DNA of 64,000 bases from a virus (IMGVR_UViG_3300037067_016777:192001-256000); one strand, 5' to 3'; shown: positions 1 to 10,030, counted from the first letter of the stretch. Translations and numbers: made by a program. Notes: a model not told the origin generated them from the letters alone.

Positions 1-197
1 TCCAGAAGATATTAGATACACAGCCGACCTTTGATAAGAATGAACTATTCAATTTGGCTCGTAAATATAAAATAAATGGGTTTGTTACTGAATATAACAG
101 ACTAGCATCCAGATTCAAGCAGTTTGTAGAGGTTGGCGATGATAAGGACAGCGAGCCAAGTGGGCAGGTCGAATGTGTCGACAGCGAAGAGCCATGA
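1..197 (+). CDS. 3' end of a CDS truncated by the window edge (function not assignable)
   Basis: Open frame from position 3 (QKILDTQPTFDKNELFNLARKY...) to TGA at 195-197. Confidence 0.5.
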   Translation, partial: QKILDTQPTFDKNELFNLARKYKINGFVTEYNRLASRFKQFVEVGDDKDSEPSGQVECVDSEEP

Positions 198-855
198 ACG
201 TAGAGTAGCCAAGCTATTGACTGAATGGTCTGGAAGGGAATTTCGGAGGCGGAGAGTTGAAGGTAGAGAGTCAGATACGGTCTTACGAGATTTAACTGGC
301 GATGTAGTACCTGCTGATGCTAAAAATCGGTGTCATTTCAATCTAGAAGCTAAAAAAGGTAAGGGCTTTAGTCTGACATCCCTTCTCGGCGGTTGTAAGA
401 CGTGTACTATGAGCGGGTGGTACCACCAGTCGACCTATGACGCCATTTTAGTATCCAAAGCTCTTGATCTTGATATTAAGCCGATGGTGTTTTTTAAGCC
501 CAACCCCAATCTTGATTGGATTGTATTTGATGCATCTGCTTTAGAGTTTTTGCGGCCAAAGCATATTCCGACAACAGATTTAACATGGCCTGCTTCGAAG
601 CGACTATGGTTTCCACATTTACTGTTCGACCATTATGCATATTGCGGAAGTATATCATTCAATATAAGCCACACCAAAAATAGGAAGAATAGGGTGATTG
701 TTCCATTACAGCTGGCACCATGCTTTATCTGCTCTTGGAATGATTTCGCCGCTAACATCAATCCAGACTCTTTCTTTTTTGGTGAATTATGGCATGCGGT
801 GGATGTGGAAACAGAAAACCAGTCAGAGTCGCAAGGTCGAATAAGCCTACTATAA
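133..855 (+). CDS. PD-(D/E)XK nuclease, Holliday junction resolvase-like
   Basis: HERRVAKLL...GDVV...NLEAKKG motif pattern; likely start ATG 139 after GAGG. Confidence 0.65.
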   Translation: MAMIRTASQVGRSNVSTAKSHERRVAKLLTEWSGREFRRRRVEGRESDTVLRDLTGDVVPADAKNRCHFNLEAKKGKGFSLTSLLGGCKTCTMSGWYHQSTYDAILVSKALDLDIKPMVFFKPNPNLDWIVFDASALEFLRPKHIPTTDLTWPASKRLWFPHLLFDHYAYCGSISFNISHTKNRKNRVIVPLQLAPCFICSWNDFAANINPDSFFFGELWHAVDVETENQSESQGRISLL

Positions 856-946
856 TTAAACAAATGCCTATAAGAAATCCAACTTTGCAAACAGCATCTC
901 AACAGATACGCACCCAACGCATAGGAGTAAGAAAGGCAAGAGTATA

Positions 947-1237
947 ATGGCGTGTGGTTCGTGTGGTGGTGCTGCAGCAAGAGCAATACAAAAGAGAGCC
1001 ATCGGAGAGCAGGCCAAGGCTAAACCCGTCTCGAAACCAACTCAAATTCCGAAAATACGCCCGACGTCAACAACGAGAATTGTTATCGCTGCACCTAATA
1101 CTGCAATAAAAATCAAGCAGCAATTAAAAGATTTGAAGAAATGCCCATTATGTGGATCGGCGTTATCTCCAATTATATCAGGCAGTGGTGCTAGAAATCG
1201 CAAAAAATGTACTCGTTGTAATCGGACATTTACATGA
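947..1237 (+). CDS. small Cys-rich / Zn-ribbon protein
   Basis: MACGSCGG N-terminus; CPLC...CTRC at C-terminus. Confidence 0.6.
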   Translation: MACGSCGGAAARAIQKRAIGEQAKAKPVSKPTQIPKIRPTSTTRIVIAAPNTAIKIKQQLKDLKKCPLCGSALSPIISGSGARNRKKCTRCNRTFT

Positions 1238-1770
1238 TAGAAATTATATCGATAATTGGTGCATGGCTGATTTGTGCTATAGCGGCTGAACGTGCTGCGG
1301 AAGCCATTACTACGTCAGTATTTTTCTCGCCATTAAGGCAGTTTTTAGCAAGAATTTCATTACTAGAAACTTATAGGCAAGTTGATGGGACTTGGCCATC
1401 GGTTAAGTATAGAGGTTGGATGTTTAGTCTAACTAAGACGATAGGAAGATGGCTCTCTGATTTAGTATCTTGCGGGTGGTGTACTAGTCTTTGGACGTCG
1501 TTGTTTTTCTCTTGCTTTCTTCCTGGGAAATGCCTATCGTACGAGGCTGGAGATAATCTGATAGTTAAAACGATAGCTCTTTGGGGACTCGCGAATTTCT
1601 ACCACGCTGTATTTAGACTTTTACACAATGGGCGTGTGGCAGCAGTCGACATAAATCTTCGGATAATCGATTCCGAATCTACAGAACATAACTACGGAGG
1701 CACTGATGGAGAGTTTGGAGAGAGAATTAGCCAGGAGAACACAATCGGAATTGAACCGCCAGAGGTTTGA
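1234..1770 (+). CDS. membrane protein, DUF1360-like
   Basis: Hydrophobic N-terminus, CGWCTSLW motif; ATGA overlap with upstream gene. Confidence 0.5.
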   Translation: MIEIISIIGAWLICAIAAERAAEAITTSVFFSPLRQFLARISLLETYRQVDGTWPSVKYRGWMFSLTKTIGRWLSDLVSCGWCTSLWTSLFFSCFLPGKCLSYEAGDNLIVKTIALWGLANFYHAVFRLLHNGRVAAVDINLRIIDSESTEHNYGGTDGEFGERISQENTIGIEPPEV

Positions 1771-2227
1771 GACTCCGACAATCAGGACCGCTTCCGATAT
1801 CAAGCGTGCACTGGCTCAATTAGAGCCAAATACTCGTCTTAATACTGATGATGTTGTATTAGCTGTAAATATGACGGGCACAGATACTGATAATCATAGC
1901 AAAAAATTTCATGTATCTGCCAAGACTAAGACCAACTCTGCTCGCGATATTTTGATTGAAGGTCTAAATGTAGTCAAGCGGCGTGAAGAAGAAATTGCTA
2001 AAATTTCTAACCAGCAATCAATAGTTGTCGTTAACGGTAAAGAAATGAAGTCTCCACCGGTAATATCTGAAGATACTTTTTTAGCTATTGATCCTATCAT
2101 TAGTAGGACGCTTGGTGGTTATCGCAGTGGTCATTTTATCCAGTGGGATCTAGTTGACGGTTTTACTTATAGATATGATATATACATCCATCGCTTGACT
2201 CGATTTAAAACAGAAGAGAAATCATGA
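1706..2227 (+). CDS. hypothetical protein
   Basis: 173-aa ORF with GGAGG RBS, in operon. Confidence 0.6.
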   Translation: MESLERELARRTQSELNRQRFETPTIRTASDIKRALAQLEPNTRLNTDDVVLAVNMTGTDTDNHSKKFHVSAKTKTNSARDILIEGLNVVKRREEEIAKISNQQSIVVVNGKEMKSPPVISEDTFLAIDPIISRTLGGYRSGHFIQWDLVDGFTYRYDIYIHRLTRFKTEEKS

Positions 2228-2532
2228 GAGAAATAGAACTGCCCCCATTGGCGACTTATAGAGCATTGGCGACTTGGACACCACGCTATGCTGATTTTGT
2301 CGTTTGGGCTGGTTGGTTTCGTGTTTGGTTTGGTTTAGTAAATGACTTTGATATCAAACACAACAAAGTGTCGATGATTTTTGATGGGACGCCGCGATTA
2401 TTGTTTACGATGACAGATGCTGAGATGAAGAAAAATGCGTATGTTTTTGATGTTGATTATGTACGTAATAATCAACGAGGTCGCTGGTATGTTGAGCAGA
2501 GTATAGATGGCAACACAATCTGGTATATCTAA
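2224..2532 (+). CDS. hypothetical protein
   Basis: ATGA-coupled ORF in operon. Confidence 0.6.
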   Translation: MREIELPPLATYRALATWTPRYADFVVWAGWFRVWFGLVNDFDIKHNKVSMIFDGTPRLLFTMTDAEMKKNAYVFDVDYVRNNQRGRWYVEQSIDGNTIWYI

Positions 2533-3091
2533 AATTGTCCCGGCTATGCTGCCACACCCTGAGCCGTTATCCAACACGGCTTTGGTTTCTAATATGTTGT
2601 GTTATATTGTTAAATATTACCAGAATATTGGTATTAGTTGCTTAATATCGCACAATAAAGATGATGTAGTTGTATTAATGGGCGATTGGAACGGAAATGT
2701 CATTGACCTAGGTGGTAAAGATCCTCTAGTCTTAATAGTGATTGATTTCTTGCAAAACCAAGCCAAGCGATTATTGGCTATTTCGAATGCAGCTGGCGTT
2801 AAGCAGGCCATTTATTATTTTGCTCTTGATACTGGGATACCGGTATTAGTTGATATTAGGCTAAGTTTGAATAAATTCCTTGGGCCTGGTATGATTAGAG
2901 ACGTGTTTGGTAAAACTTTTGATACGCAACAAATATTAAAAATAGATGTAATGTCTGAACAGCTTTTAGAGCAGATAAAGAATAGAGCTGGAAATTACAG
3001 CGGTGGAGTAATAATTAAACCGAGTAGATCTAGATTTATGGAAGTTAATGATAAACCAGTGCCACTTTATGTAGGAGTTTCATCATTCTGA
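2507..3091 (+). CDS. hypothetical protein
   Basis: 194-aa ORF in operon; no confident motif. Confidence 0.55.
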   Translation: MATQSGISKIVPAMLPHPEPLSNTALVSNMLCYIVKYYQNIGISCLISHNKDDVVVLMGDWNGNVIDLGGKDPLVLIVIDFLQNQAKRLLAISNAAGVKQAIYYFALDTGIPVLVDIRLSLNKFLGPGMIRDVFGKTFDTQQILKIDVMSEQLLEQIKNRAGNYSGGVIIKPSRSRFMEVNDKPVPLYVGVSSF

Positions 3092-3609
3092 TTTTAACAG
3101 CGGGGCTTCCTAAATCAGGTAAGAGTGAAGTTATAGATAGGCTTCCCAGAGGTGATCGTCAATGGCATATAATTAGACCGTCCGACTGGATACCGGAGAA
3201 TTTAGCAACGCTAGACAAAGAAACTCAACAATCGTACAATATTGGCTGTTGGTCTGTTGCATTAGATAAATGTAAAGAAGCTATTGCTGACATTAACCCA
3301 CGAGATATTATAGTATTAGATGCATGTAACTCGAAAAGCAATACGTTGGTGACTTTGATTGCCGACGCAAAGGCAGCATTGCATAATGTTGTTTTACTAT
3401 TTGTGCAATCTAATATGAATTTATGCTTGGCTAGAGATGCAAAACTAACTGATTCATTGCTTCGTTATTATACAGAAAGATTTAAAGTGTCATTGCCAAA
3501 ATATAAGAAACTATGCAATGCATTTTTAGTTGTGCGGAACAATGGAACATTTGAACAACTTGAAACTGAACTACATGACACTTGGAAGCAGCTGTGCCAG
3601 AGTATCTAA
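3085..3609 (+). CDS. P-loop kinase (AAA_33/PNK-kinase-like) with non-canonical start
   Basis: Frame is open from TAA 3052 through ILILTAGLPKSGKS (Walker A) ...IIVLDACN; AGGAG at 3073-3077 is followed only by ATC 3082/ATT 3085/CTG 3088. The ORF track reports only the 3' part from 3346. Confidence 0.7.
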   Translation: MLILTAGLPKSGKSEVIDRLPRGDRQWHIIRPSDWIPENLATLDKETQQSYNIGCWSVALDKCKEAIADINPRDIIVLDACNSKSNTLVTLIADAKAALHNVVLLFVQSNMNLCLARDAKLTDSLLRYYTERFKVSLPKYKKLCNAFLVVRNNGTFEQLETELHDTWKQLCQSI

Positions 3610-5408
3610 ATCCGCACCCACACGATTTATATTTAGTTGGGCCTAATGGCGATACAATACATATACGCAAGGGGCGTCGTGTAAGATTGCCAGATTTTTT
3701 TGATCGCTACGCTAATAAAGACGGAAAAGGATATTTAGTTAATGTGGATCAAATACCATCAGTACCACAGAAACGAGAAATCAAAACATCTCGACAAGCA
3801 GTTAGACCGGTTCAATTAAACAAACGCATAACAAAAGAAGTAAAACGGCAAATAGTAGGCCGTGTGAGAAGAAACGTTGATCTTGTTAGTTCTAAATCAT
3901 TCTCAAAGAGCGAGTTTGCAATTAGCGATGGTATTGGTATTGGGATTTTGACATATAATAGGTCAGAATCGTTGCATCGGTTAATAAGCTCTATTGTTAA
4001 GTACACAGATACATGCCGCACCACTATCTTTATTAGCGATGATGGTAGTACAGATCCAAACCAATTATCATACTTATCTGAGCTTGAATTACGTGGTGAT
4101 ATTGTAGTGCTTAGAAACAATCAGCAATTGGGAGTCGCTGGCAATAGCAATCGTTTGATGCGATGTTTGTCGAGATTCCCTAAGAAGATCTTACTAAACG
4201 ACGATGTTGAGATATTGAATAGTGGGTGGGAGCATTTTTATTTTCTTGCGATGCAGAGGACTGGTTTTCATCATTTTTGTTATCGACAACCTGGTGTGTA
4301 TGGCGCTGCTAAGGGTGTTAGTACTAATATCAATAATATAACCCTAAATGTCGTAGATAGCAAACCACACGGTGCTGTTATGGCATTCGATCATATTGCT
4401 TTTTCAAAAGTTGGTTATTTTGATGAACAATTTGGTCAATATGGCGTAGAGCATGTCGATTGGTCTGCTAGATTATCAGATAGTAGACTGCAACAACCAG
4501 GATTTTTTGATGTTGACGGATCTAGCTCTTACTTTTTAGTACATCCAGAACATTCATCTGTTGAAAATAGAGTTGAAAAATTTAAACATGCTAAATCAGT
4601 TTTGAGTGCTATTGGTGTTAGGCCGTCTTATGTGAGTGCTAGCGATGCAACTGTTGTTCCGCGTATTTCTTGCGTCATACCTTTCAGGGAAATCGATAGA
4701 AAAGGTTCGATAATTACCGTACTTAATAGTATTAGAGCACAACGATTTCCAGATATTGAAATCGTAATGGTTGAGGAAGATACTGTTTCTAAAATAGCTG
4801 ATGCAGAATGCGATCCTGCAAGGCATATTTTTATTGCTGGTCTTCCAGGTGCTGCATTTAATAAGAGCAAGGCTTGGAATGCTGGGGTTGCAGCTTGTAG
4901 CTGCGATATGCTTGTATTACACGATGCTGATACGTTGGCACCAAGTTGTTATTTTAAATCAGTGGCAAATGAATTGAGCGAGGTTGAATCTTGTCATCTT
5001 TGTAAGCAGATTTTTTATATTGGCTCGACAGAAACGCATAATATCAACGCTACTGGAACTATCGATCGCCCTAGATATGAGCATATGGTCGATTATTTTG
5101 AGGGTGGATCTATCGCATGTCGTAAAAAGGCTTATTGGAAAGTAGGTGGTTTTGTTGAAGAATTTGTTGGCTATGGTGTTGAAGATTGCGACTTTTATTT
5201 TAGGATATCTAAGGGAACTACTTGGAGAGAAAATCGCCATTTCGATTTATTGCATCTGCACCATGGCAGGGTTGAGAATTGGACGATGTATCACCAAAAA
5301 AACAAAGAGATAGGCGCTAAATTATCAGCACTATCCCTTGGTGATAGAATAGGAAGGCAGCGGCTGTTATTGACACAAAGTGGTAGAGGCCATTGTTTAG
5401 GTGAATAA
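3582..5408 (+). CDS. glycosyltransferase with two GT2 (GT-A) domains
   Basis: IGILTYNR...ISDDGS...LLNDDVE...GYFDEQFGQYGVEHVD and ISCVIPFR...LHDAD...GGFVEEFVGYGVEDCDF. Confidence 0.85.
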   Translation: MEAAVPEYLNPHPHDLYLVGPNGDTIHIRKGRRVRLPDFFDRYANKDGKGYLVNVDQIPSVPQKREIKTSRQAVRPVQLNKRITKEVKRQIVGRVRRNVDLVSSKSFSKSEFAISDGIGIGILTYNRSESLHRLISSIVKYTDTCRTTIFISDDGSTDPNQLSYLSELELRGDIVVLRNNQQLGVAGNSNRLMRCLSRFPKKILLNDDVEILNSGWEHFYFLAMQRTGFHHFCYRQPGVYGAAKGVSTNINNITLNVVDSKPHGAVMAFDHIAFSKVGYFDEQFGQYGVEHVDWSARLSDSRLQQPGFFDVDGSSSYFLVHPEHSSVENRVEKFKHAKSVLSAIGVRPSYVSASDATVVPRISCVIPFREIDRKGSIITVLNSIRAQRFPDIEIVMVEEDTVSKIADAECDPARHIFIAGLPGAAFNKSKAWNAGVAACSCDMLVLHDADTLAPSCYFKSVANELSEVESCHLCKQIFYIGSTETHNINATGTIDRPRYEHMVDYFEGGSIACRKKAYWKVGGFVEEFVGYGVEDCDFYFRISKGTTWRENRHFDLLHLHHGRVENWTMYHQKNKEIGAKLSALSLGDRIGRQRLLLTQSGRGHCLGE

Positions 5409-6371
5409 ATGCGAGTTTTATTTTGTAATCCGCCTGGCGGTGCCTTCACATTCATCACACAGGGTATGATTAATGCCTTACGTGATATTGGCTGTGCTGC
5501 CGAGCGTTGGGATGGTAAACGCGAAACTTGGGATCTATTTTCACCCGATGTTTATGTGGGATGCACAGGGCATCGGCAAAATCCGCCAAATACTCATCAG
5601 TGTAAAGTCGCTATCCATGTTAACCCGTATGGGCCGACAAAAATCGATCCGAACATCAATGAATCTCAAGGTGCTATCGATTGGGTAAAGTCGATAAAGC
5701 CAGATGCTGTTTTTGGATATGGGCATGAGTCTGACCGCCATTACTGGTCTTTTTGGGATAAAAATGGCATCCTGTGGGTTCCTATGGCGACTGCTGGCGA
5801 CGTTACAATATTTAATGTCGCTAATGGAGAGCATAGCAAGTATGATATTGGGTATGTTGGCGGGCGTTGGCCGTATAAGGCTAAGGACATAGATGCTTAC
5901 TTGTTTCCGGTTTTACGAGACACAACAATATCACACATGGTTCGTGGCTGGGGAACGTGGCCTGACAATTTATGCGGCGGGCCGATAACTGACAACGAGG
6001 TTCCGATATTATTAGCGAGCTGTAGGATAGCGCCATGTATTAGCGAACCACATACACTGGTCTATGGTATTGATCTTCCTGAGCGAGTGTTCAAATCTGC
6101 CCTAAGTGGTGCGGTTGTAATACACGATCCTGTCCCTAAATTAGATAGATACCTACCGCATATCATAATTGCCAGTAATCCAAAAGTGTTTCACTATGAG
6201 ATCAAAGGATTGCTGAAAGACCCTAGTTGGCTTCCTAAAATAGCACAACAACAACGCGATGATGTTTTGGAGGCGCACACTTATCATCACAGAATGGCAA
6301 CATTGATGTCGGCAATGGGTTTCAATGATACGGCATCTGCTTTATTATCAGCGGTATCGAGATTTAAATGA
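5409..6371 (+). CDS. GT-B glycosyltransferase (CgeB/Glyco_trans_1_2-like)
   Basis: YDIGYVGG, ERVFKSALSG, HTYHHRM C-terminal motifs. Confidence 0.7.
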   Translation: MRVLFCNPPGGAFTFITQGMINALRDIGCAAERWDGKRETWDLFSPDVYVGCTGHRQNPPNTHQCKVAIHVNPYGPTKIDPNINESQGAIDWVKSIKPDAVFGYGHESDRHYWSFWDKNGILWVPMATAGDVTIFNVANGEHSKYDIGYVGGRWPYKAKDIDAYLFPVLRDTTISHMVRGWGTWPDNLCGGPITDNEVPILLASCRIAPCISEPHTLVYGIDLPERVFKSALSGAVVIHDPVPKLDRYLPHIIIASNPKVFHYEIKGLLKDPSWLPKIAQQQRDDVLEAHTYHHRMATLMSAMGFNDTASALLSAVSRFK

Positions 6372-7327
6372 TTGCGATTGATTTCTCAATGCTTAGCCAA
6401 AATAGGCTGCCACGTTGTGCATATCAACTTGCTAATCTTGCGGAAATCGCTGATAGGATGCATTTGCCTATAAAGGTTGTTGTGAAAGATGGCCAATTAC
6501 AAGAGCATCATATACTACAACGTGTGAAGCATTTACTGTCGGACAATTATGATAACGTAAAGATATATATCGCGAAATCCGACACTTTCTTTTTTGATGA
6601 TAATTGGAAGAATATAGCTAATCTACCTGCGTTTAAAGTGTGTCTATGTTCATCAGATAGGATATTCCGAGAGAAAAGAATGCCATGGCAAGGCAGAATG
6701 GGTGGTCCAGTTCAAGATCGATGTGATCTATTTATGCCAGTCAATTGCTCGTCTGAGCTATTAAAAACATATAGTCATAAAACAATAACTGTTGCGCATC
6801 GGCCTTCGACGCAAGTTTTTGATCTGCTTGCGAAGAAAAAACTAGATCTAGCTTTTCTCGATGATAATATTCAAGTTATCAGAGATGCATTTAAATATGA
6901 CGTCATTGGTTTAGCTGGTTTTATGGGCCGGGCTGGTTATGGGGAGCGTATTAAGCTTGAGGGGATGCCAGATTGTGTGAATTTGAGCTTCATAGCGAAT
7001 GCATCAGCAGAACGATATTTGAAGTATTTACTCTCTTATAGGGCGTGTGTTGATCTGCGTGGTGCTGGCGATAAAAGTCTTCGTTTTGTTGAGGCGGTTT
7101 TATTTGGCCGAACTGTAATAGCAAAGCGGCAACAATCACCATATGACCCTCCGCTTGTTGATTGTTATAATACTATTTTAGTTGAGAATTGGGGCGATAT
7201 TGCTAAGAGGATAGATCTTGATTTGTGGAAAAGAGTTGCAGATCAAGCAACTAAAGATTATCTTAGCCATTGGTCACAATTAGCACAATTCAAAATGATT
7301 TTGAGGAGAGCGAAATGGTTAACGTAG
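6368..7327 (+). CDS. putative GT-B glycosyltransferase-like protein
   Basis: DLRGAGDKSLRFVEAVLFG motif; clustered with GTs. Confidence 0.5.
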   Translation: MIAIDFSMLSQNRLPRCAYQLANLAEIADRMHLPIKVVVKDGQLQEHHILQRVKHLLSDNYDNVKIYIAKSDTFFFDDNWKNIANLPAFKVCLCSSDRIFREKRMPWQGRMGGPVQDRCDLFMPVNCSSELLKTYSHKTITVAHRPSTQVFDLLAKKKLDLAFLDDNIQVIRDAFKYDVIGLAGFMGRAGYGERIKLEGMPDCVNLSFIANASAERYLKYLLSYRACVDLRGAGDKSLRFVEAVLFGRTVIAKRQQSPYDPPLVDCYNTILVENWGDIAKRIDLDLWKRVADQATKDYLSHWSQLAQFKMILRRAKWLT

Positions 7328-7614
7328 TTATAGAGTTTGACGATCAAAATAACGATAAGCTTTTTAGATTTATTATAAAGAATCAACCAGATGATTGTAT
7401 TTGGTTAGAAAAGGGTGATGAGATTGGATTCGATCTTGTTGAGTCTAAGGAATTCTTCTATGTTATAGTCTCTAGGAAAGCTTATTTAGTAGGGCAAACA
7501 TGTCCTTTCTATATAATCTGTCGTCCGCAGTGCTTTATTAATGCTGATGCTGCGTTAGTAGTATTAGAGAAATTTAAGGCACAATTTGGCGATGATTTAG
7601 TTCTCGATCCTTAA
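7315..7614 (+). CDS. hypothetical protein
   Basis: GAGGAG RBS before ATG 7315. Confidence 0.55.
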   Translation: MVNVVIEFDDQNNDKLFRFIIKNQPDDCIWLEKGDEIGFDLVESKEFFYVIVSRKAYLVGQTCPFYIICRPQCFINADAALVVLEKFKAQFGDDLVLDP

Positions 7615-7964
7615 ATATTTATGATTAAATTGTGATCTGGTTCGTATTCAAGTATCTCAATGTCGAAGCGAACAACGTCTTTTAGTTTCCTAGGAAAGGT
7701 TAATTCAATAGCCTTCCAACCCTTTGTGTCCATCCATTCGGCATCTCTCATTTTAATATCAACAACTCCGCACAACCATTCTTTGGGTAGGTTTTTTCTA
7801 ACAAATTTGCCAGCCAGAGTAGCTGTTTCGAACAATGGTACTACAGGGTAATCTTTACCTGCCTCCCACATTACTAGTATAGGTATCCATTTCTCAGAGC
7901 CACACTCGCTCTTTAATTCTTGCCTAGTCATATGCCCTTGAGTACAGAAAACAGCATACATCAT
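7611..7964 (-). CDS. hypothetical protein
   Basis: 117-aa ORF converging on upstream operon. Confidence 0.55.
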   Translation of the reverse strand: MMYAVFCTQGHMTRQELKSECGSEKWIPILVMWEAGKDYPVVPLFETATLAGKFVRKNLPKEWLCGVVDIKMRDAEWMDTKGWKAIELTFPRKLKDVVRFDIEILEYEPDHNLIINI

Positions 7965-8058
7965 AAACCTATTTAGAAATATTATGCGTGCAAAACTAAT
8001 ATGTGGGCAGAGAACAAATATTCAAATACAAGACTAAATTTCTTGAGGAGTTTAATTC

Positions 8059-8472
8059 ATGAGCGCTCAACCAGCCAATACCGCGATTTCGGTCTATCGT
8101 AATGTCCGAAGCTACCGGAAGGCCCTCCGTCATGAAGCTGTGGCGGCATTGACCAAGCGGCTTCGTCCGTTGATCATGAGTGTGCCTGGCGAGGAAATCC
8201 TGGTCGGTGTCTTGACCAGGGATACCGCTGTGCAGGATTTCAGCCCTTACTGCGGCGAAGCTCGCTTCGGCGCAGGTCGCGGCTTCCCAATCGTGGTCGG
8301 TCTGTACCAGGTCAAGACGTTCGCGACTGCCCAGGAGAACCTGCCGAGCATCGACTTCGCTTTCCAAATTGGTTCGGACATGTTCCTTACCAATGTTGCT
8401 GCTGGTCTCACTCGGGACCTTCAGGGCGATTTGCGAAACGACACGCTTGTTCCACCGGTCGCCTCGACTTAA
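8059..8472 (+). CDS. hypothetical protein, possibly highly expressed/structural
   Basis: GAGGAG RBS, visibly GC-rich third positions, followed by strong hairpin. Confidence 0.7.
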   Translation: MSAQPANTAISVYRNVRSYRKALRHEAVAALTKRLRPLIMSVPGEEILVGVLTRDTAVQDFSPYCGEARFGAGRGFPIVVGLYQVKTFATAQENLPSIDFAFQIGSDMFLTNVAAGLTRDLQGDLRNDTLVPPVAST

Positions 8473-8506
8473 TGCTTTCGATGGCATTATGAACGCTGCG
8501 TAAAAT

Positions 8507-8537
8507 GAAGCGGCGGCCTTTATGAGGCCGCCGCTTC
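8507..8537. terminator. intrinsic terminator-like hairpin between convergent genes
   Basis: 13-bp stem GAAGCGGCGGCCT / AGGCCGCCGCTTC with 5-nt loop. Confidence 0.8.
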
Positions 8538-8543
8538 TGTATT

Positions 8544-8852
8544 CTATTTTAACAAATCCATAATTTTGCGTTTTCTAGCTTCACATATTTCTCTTATCAA
8601 TATTGCGACAACTGGTTTAACCCCCCATACGTTGCCGGAATTAGAATGTTCATTGAGCACAGAAAAATATCCATCATAGCTATCACTTGAAGACATCTCT
8701 ACTCTGATAATTTCATCGTCGAAATAAAGGCTATCACCATTTGTCCTTGATGGGATTCCTGGGAACATCATACTCAGAGCAGCAGAGATTTTCTCGAATG
8801 ATCTCGCTCTGACTTCATCGTGTGTCATTTTTTCTCCTATACATGTGGCCAC
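8544..8852 (-). CDS. hypothetical protein
   Basis: ORF; probable start at internal Met after GGAG. Confidence 0.5.
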   Translation of the reverse strand: MATCIGEKMTHDEVRARSFEKISAALSMMFPGIPSRTNGDSLYFDDEIIRVEMSSSDSYDGYFSVLNEHSNSGNVWGVKPVVAILIREICEARKRKIMDLLK

Positions 8853-8921
8853 CTCAATTTAAATACACTTAAAAGAGTTTGCCCGCCAAAAATAATTTAT
8901 CCTATAACATTGGAGACAGAC

Positions 8922-9455
8922 ATGTCAGCTCTAGTGCCTTTCACTGCTTATTTTAGAACAATACCTGCACGTAATAAGAGTAAATGGGATTATATTAGAG
9001 ATTTGCAGCGTTTAGGAATAGCATTATATTCTGAGTTGGAATCTGTCTCGCAGATAACAATTCCAGAACCCGGTGGCGGACAAAATCAAATGAGCGGACA
9101 GTTCGGCAGCATCACGAACGGTGCTGGTGTACGCCCGCAAATTGGTAATAATCCATCACTGCTTATGATTGAGGGGTTTTATACTGCTGCTAGCAGCCCA
9201 AGTGCTCAGCCAGCGCCAGCACTTACGCTCATACACTCGAACGAAGTATTAACTGGACCGAGAGGGCCACGGCTATGGGACGGTACTACGGGCCAACCGA
9301 CAGCTGTAGTCGTAGCAGAAGTATCAACCCTTCGCGGTATTTTGAATACAGCCGCTTCTGCTATTGCAGATGATTCTGGTGGACATCCAGAGTTGTTTAG
9401 GTTAACTTACAAGAATATTATATATGGCGACGCGGGTCAGACATTCCCATCATAA
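8922..9455 (+). CDS. hypothetical protein (possibly virion)
   Basis: GGAG RBS before ATG 8922. Confidence 0.6.
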   Translation: MSALVPFTAYFRTIPARNKSKWDYIRDLQRLGIALYSELESVSQITIPEPGGGQNQMSGQFGSITNGAGVRPQIGNNPSLLMIEGFYTAASSPSAQPAPALTLIHSNEVLTGPRGPRLWDGTTGQPTAVVVAEVSTLRGILNTAASAIADDSGGHPELFRLTYKNIIYGDAGQTFPS

Positions 9456-9475
9456 TTATCTTGAGTAGATAAGCC

Positions 9476-10030
9476 ATGGATCTACGTGACTTATCTAAAT
9501 CGATGGTGTTATTCGAGAATCGCCATAAAATTATTGACTCTCTTGATAGTATATTGCAGCAGATTGGTGTTCCGGCCGATCTGATAGGAGGAGTAGCGTT
9601 AGGCTCGTATAATTATACTAGGAACACTGAAGATATCGACATACTAATTGATAGATCTGATTACGATAAAGTAGCGAATGTAATAATCAATAACGGTGGT
9701 AGTAGTTTGGGTAAGAATAATAAGTTCTATTTATCTGGCTATACTGTCCAAATCTGTTATAGTGGTCTTAAGGTTCGGCATACTACATTCAAGAAACCAT
9801 CTAACGCTGAACCTGGGTTGAAGGTAATAGGCTTACCACAATTGCTATTGATGAAGATTGAAGCCGGCATTAGTCAATTCAGACATCGTGCAGATTTTAT
9901 AGAGCTAGTTAAGAGGAATAACATTTCATTGCAATATTTAGAGGATCATGTTTTTGGCTCATTAGATAAGATGGCAAGAGCCCAAGCAATTGAATTATGG
10001 AAAAGGGCACAAAGCGAACTTGATGAATGA
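9476..10030 (+). CDS. Pol-beta-superfamily nucleotidyltransferase (AbiEii/MenT-like motif)
   Basis: LIGGVALGSYNYTRNTEDIDILID = GG..A....R.T.D.D motif. Confidence 0.75.
   Translation: MDLRDLSKSMVLFENRHKIIDSLDSILQQIGVPADLIGGVALGSYNYTRNTEDIDILIDRSDYDKVANVIINNGGSSLGKNNKFYLSGYTVQICYSGLKVRHTTFKKPSNAEPGLKVIGLPQLLLMKIEAGISQFRHRADFIELVKRNNISLQYLEDHVFGSLDKMARAQAIELWKRAQSELDE

Noticed and set aside
2507-3091. Possible degenerate ATP-dependent ligase fold (GGVIIKP) next to the kinase
   Set aside because: No KxDG adenylation motif; similarity too weak to call without a profile search.
7996-8487. 163-aa antisense ORF over the GC-rich gene
   Set aside because: The plus-strand ORF has the RBS, codon bias and terminator; the antisense frame is open because of high GC3.
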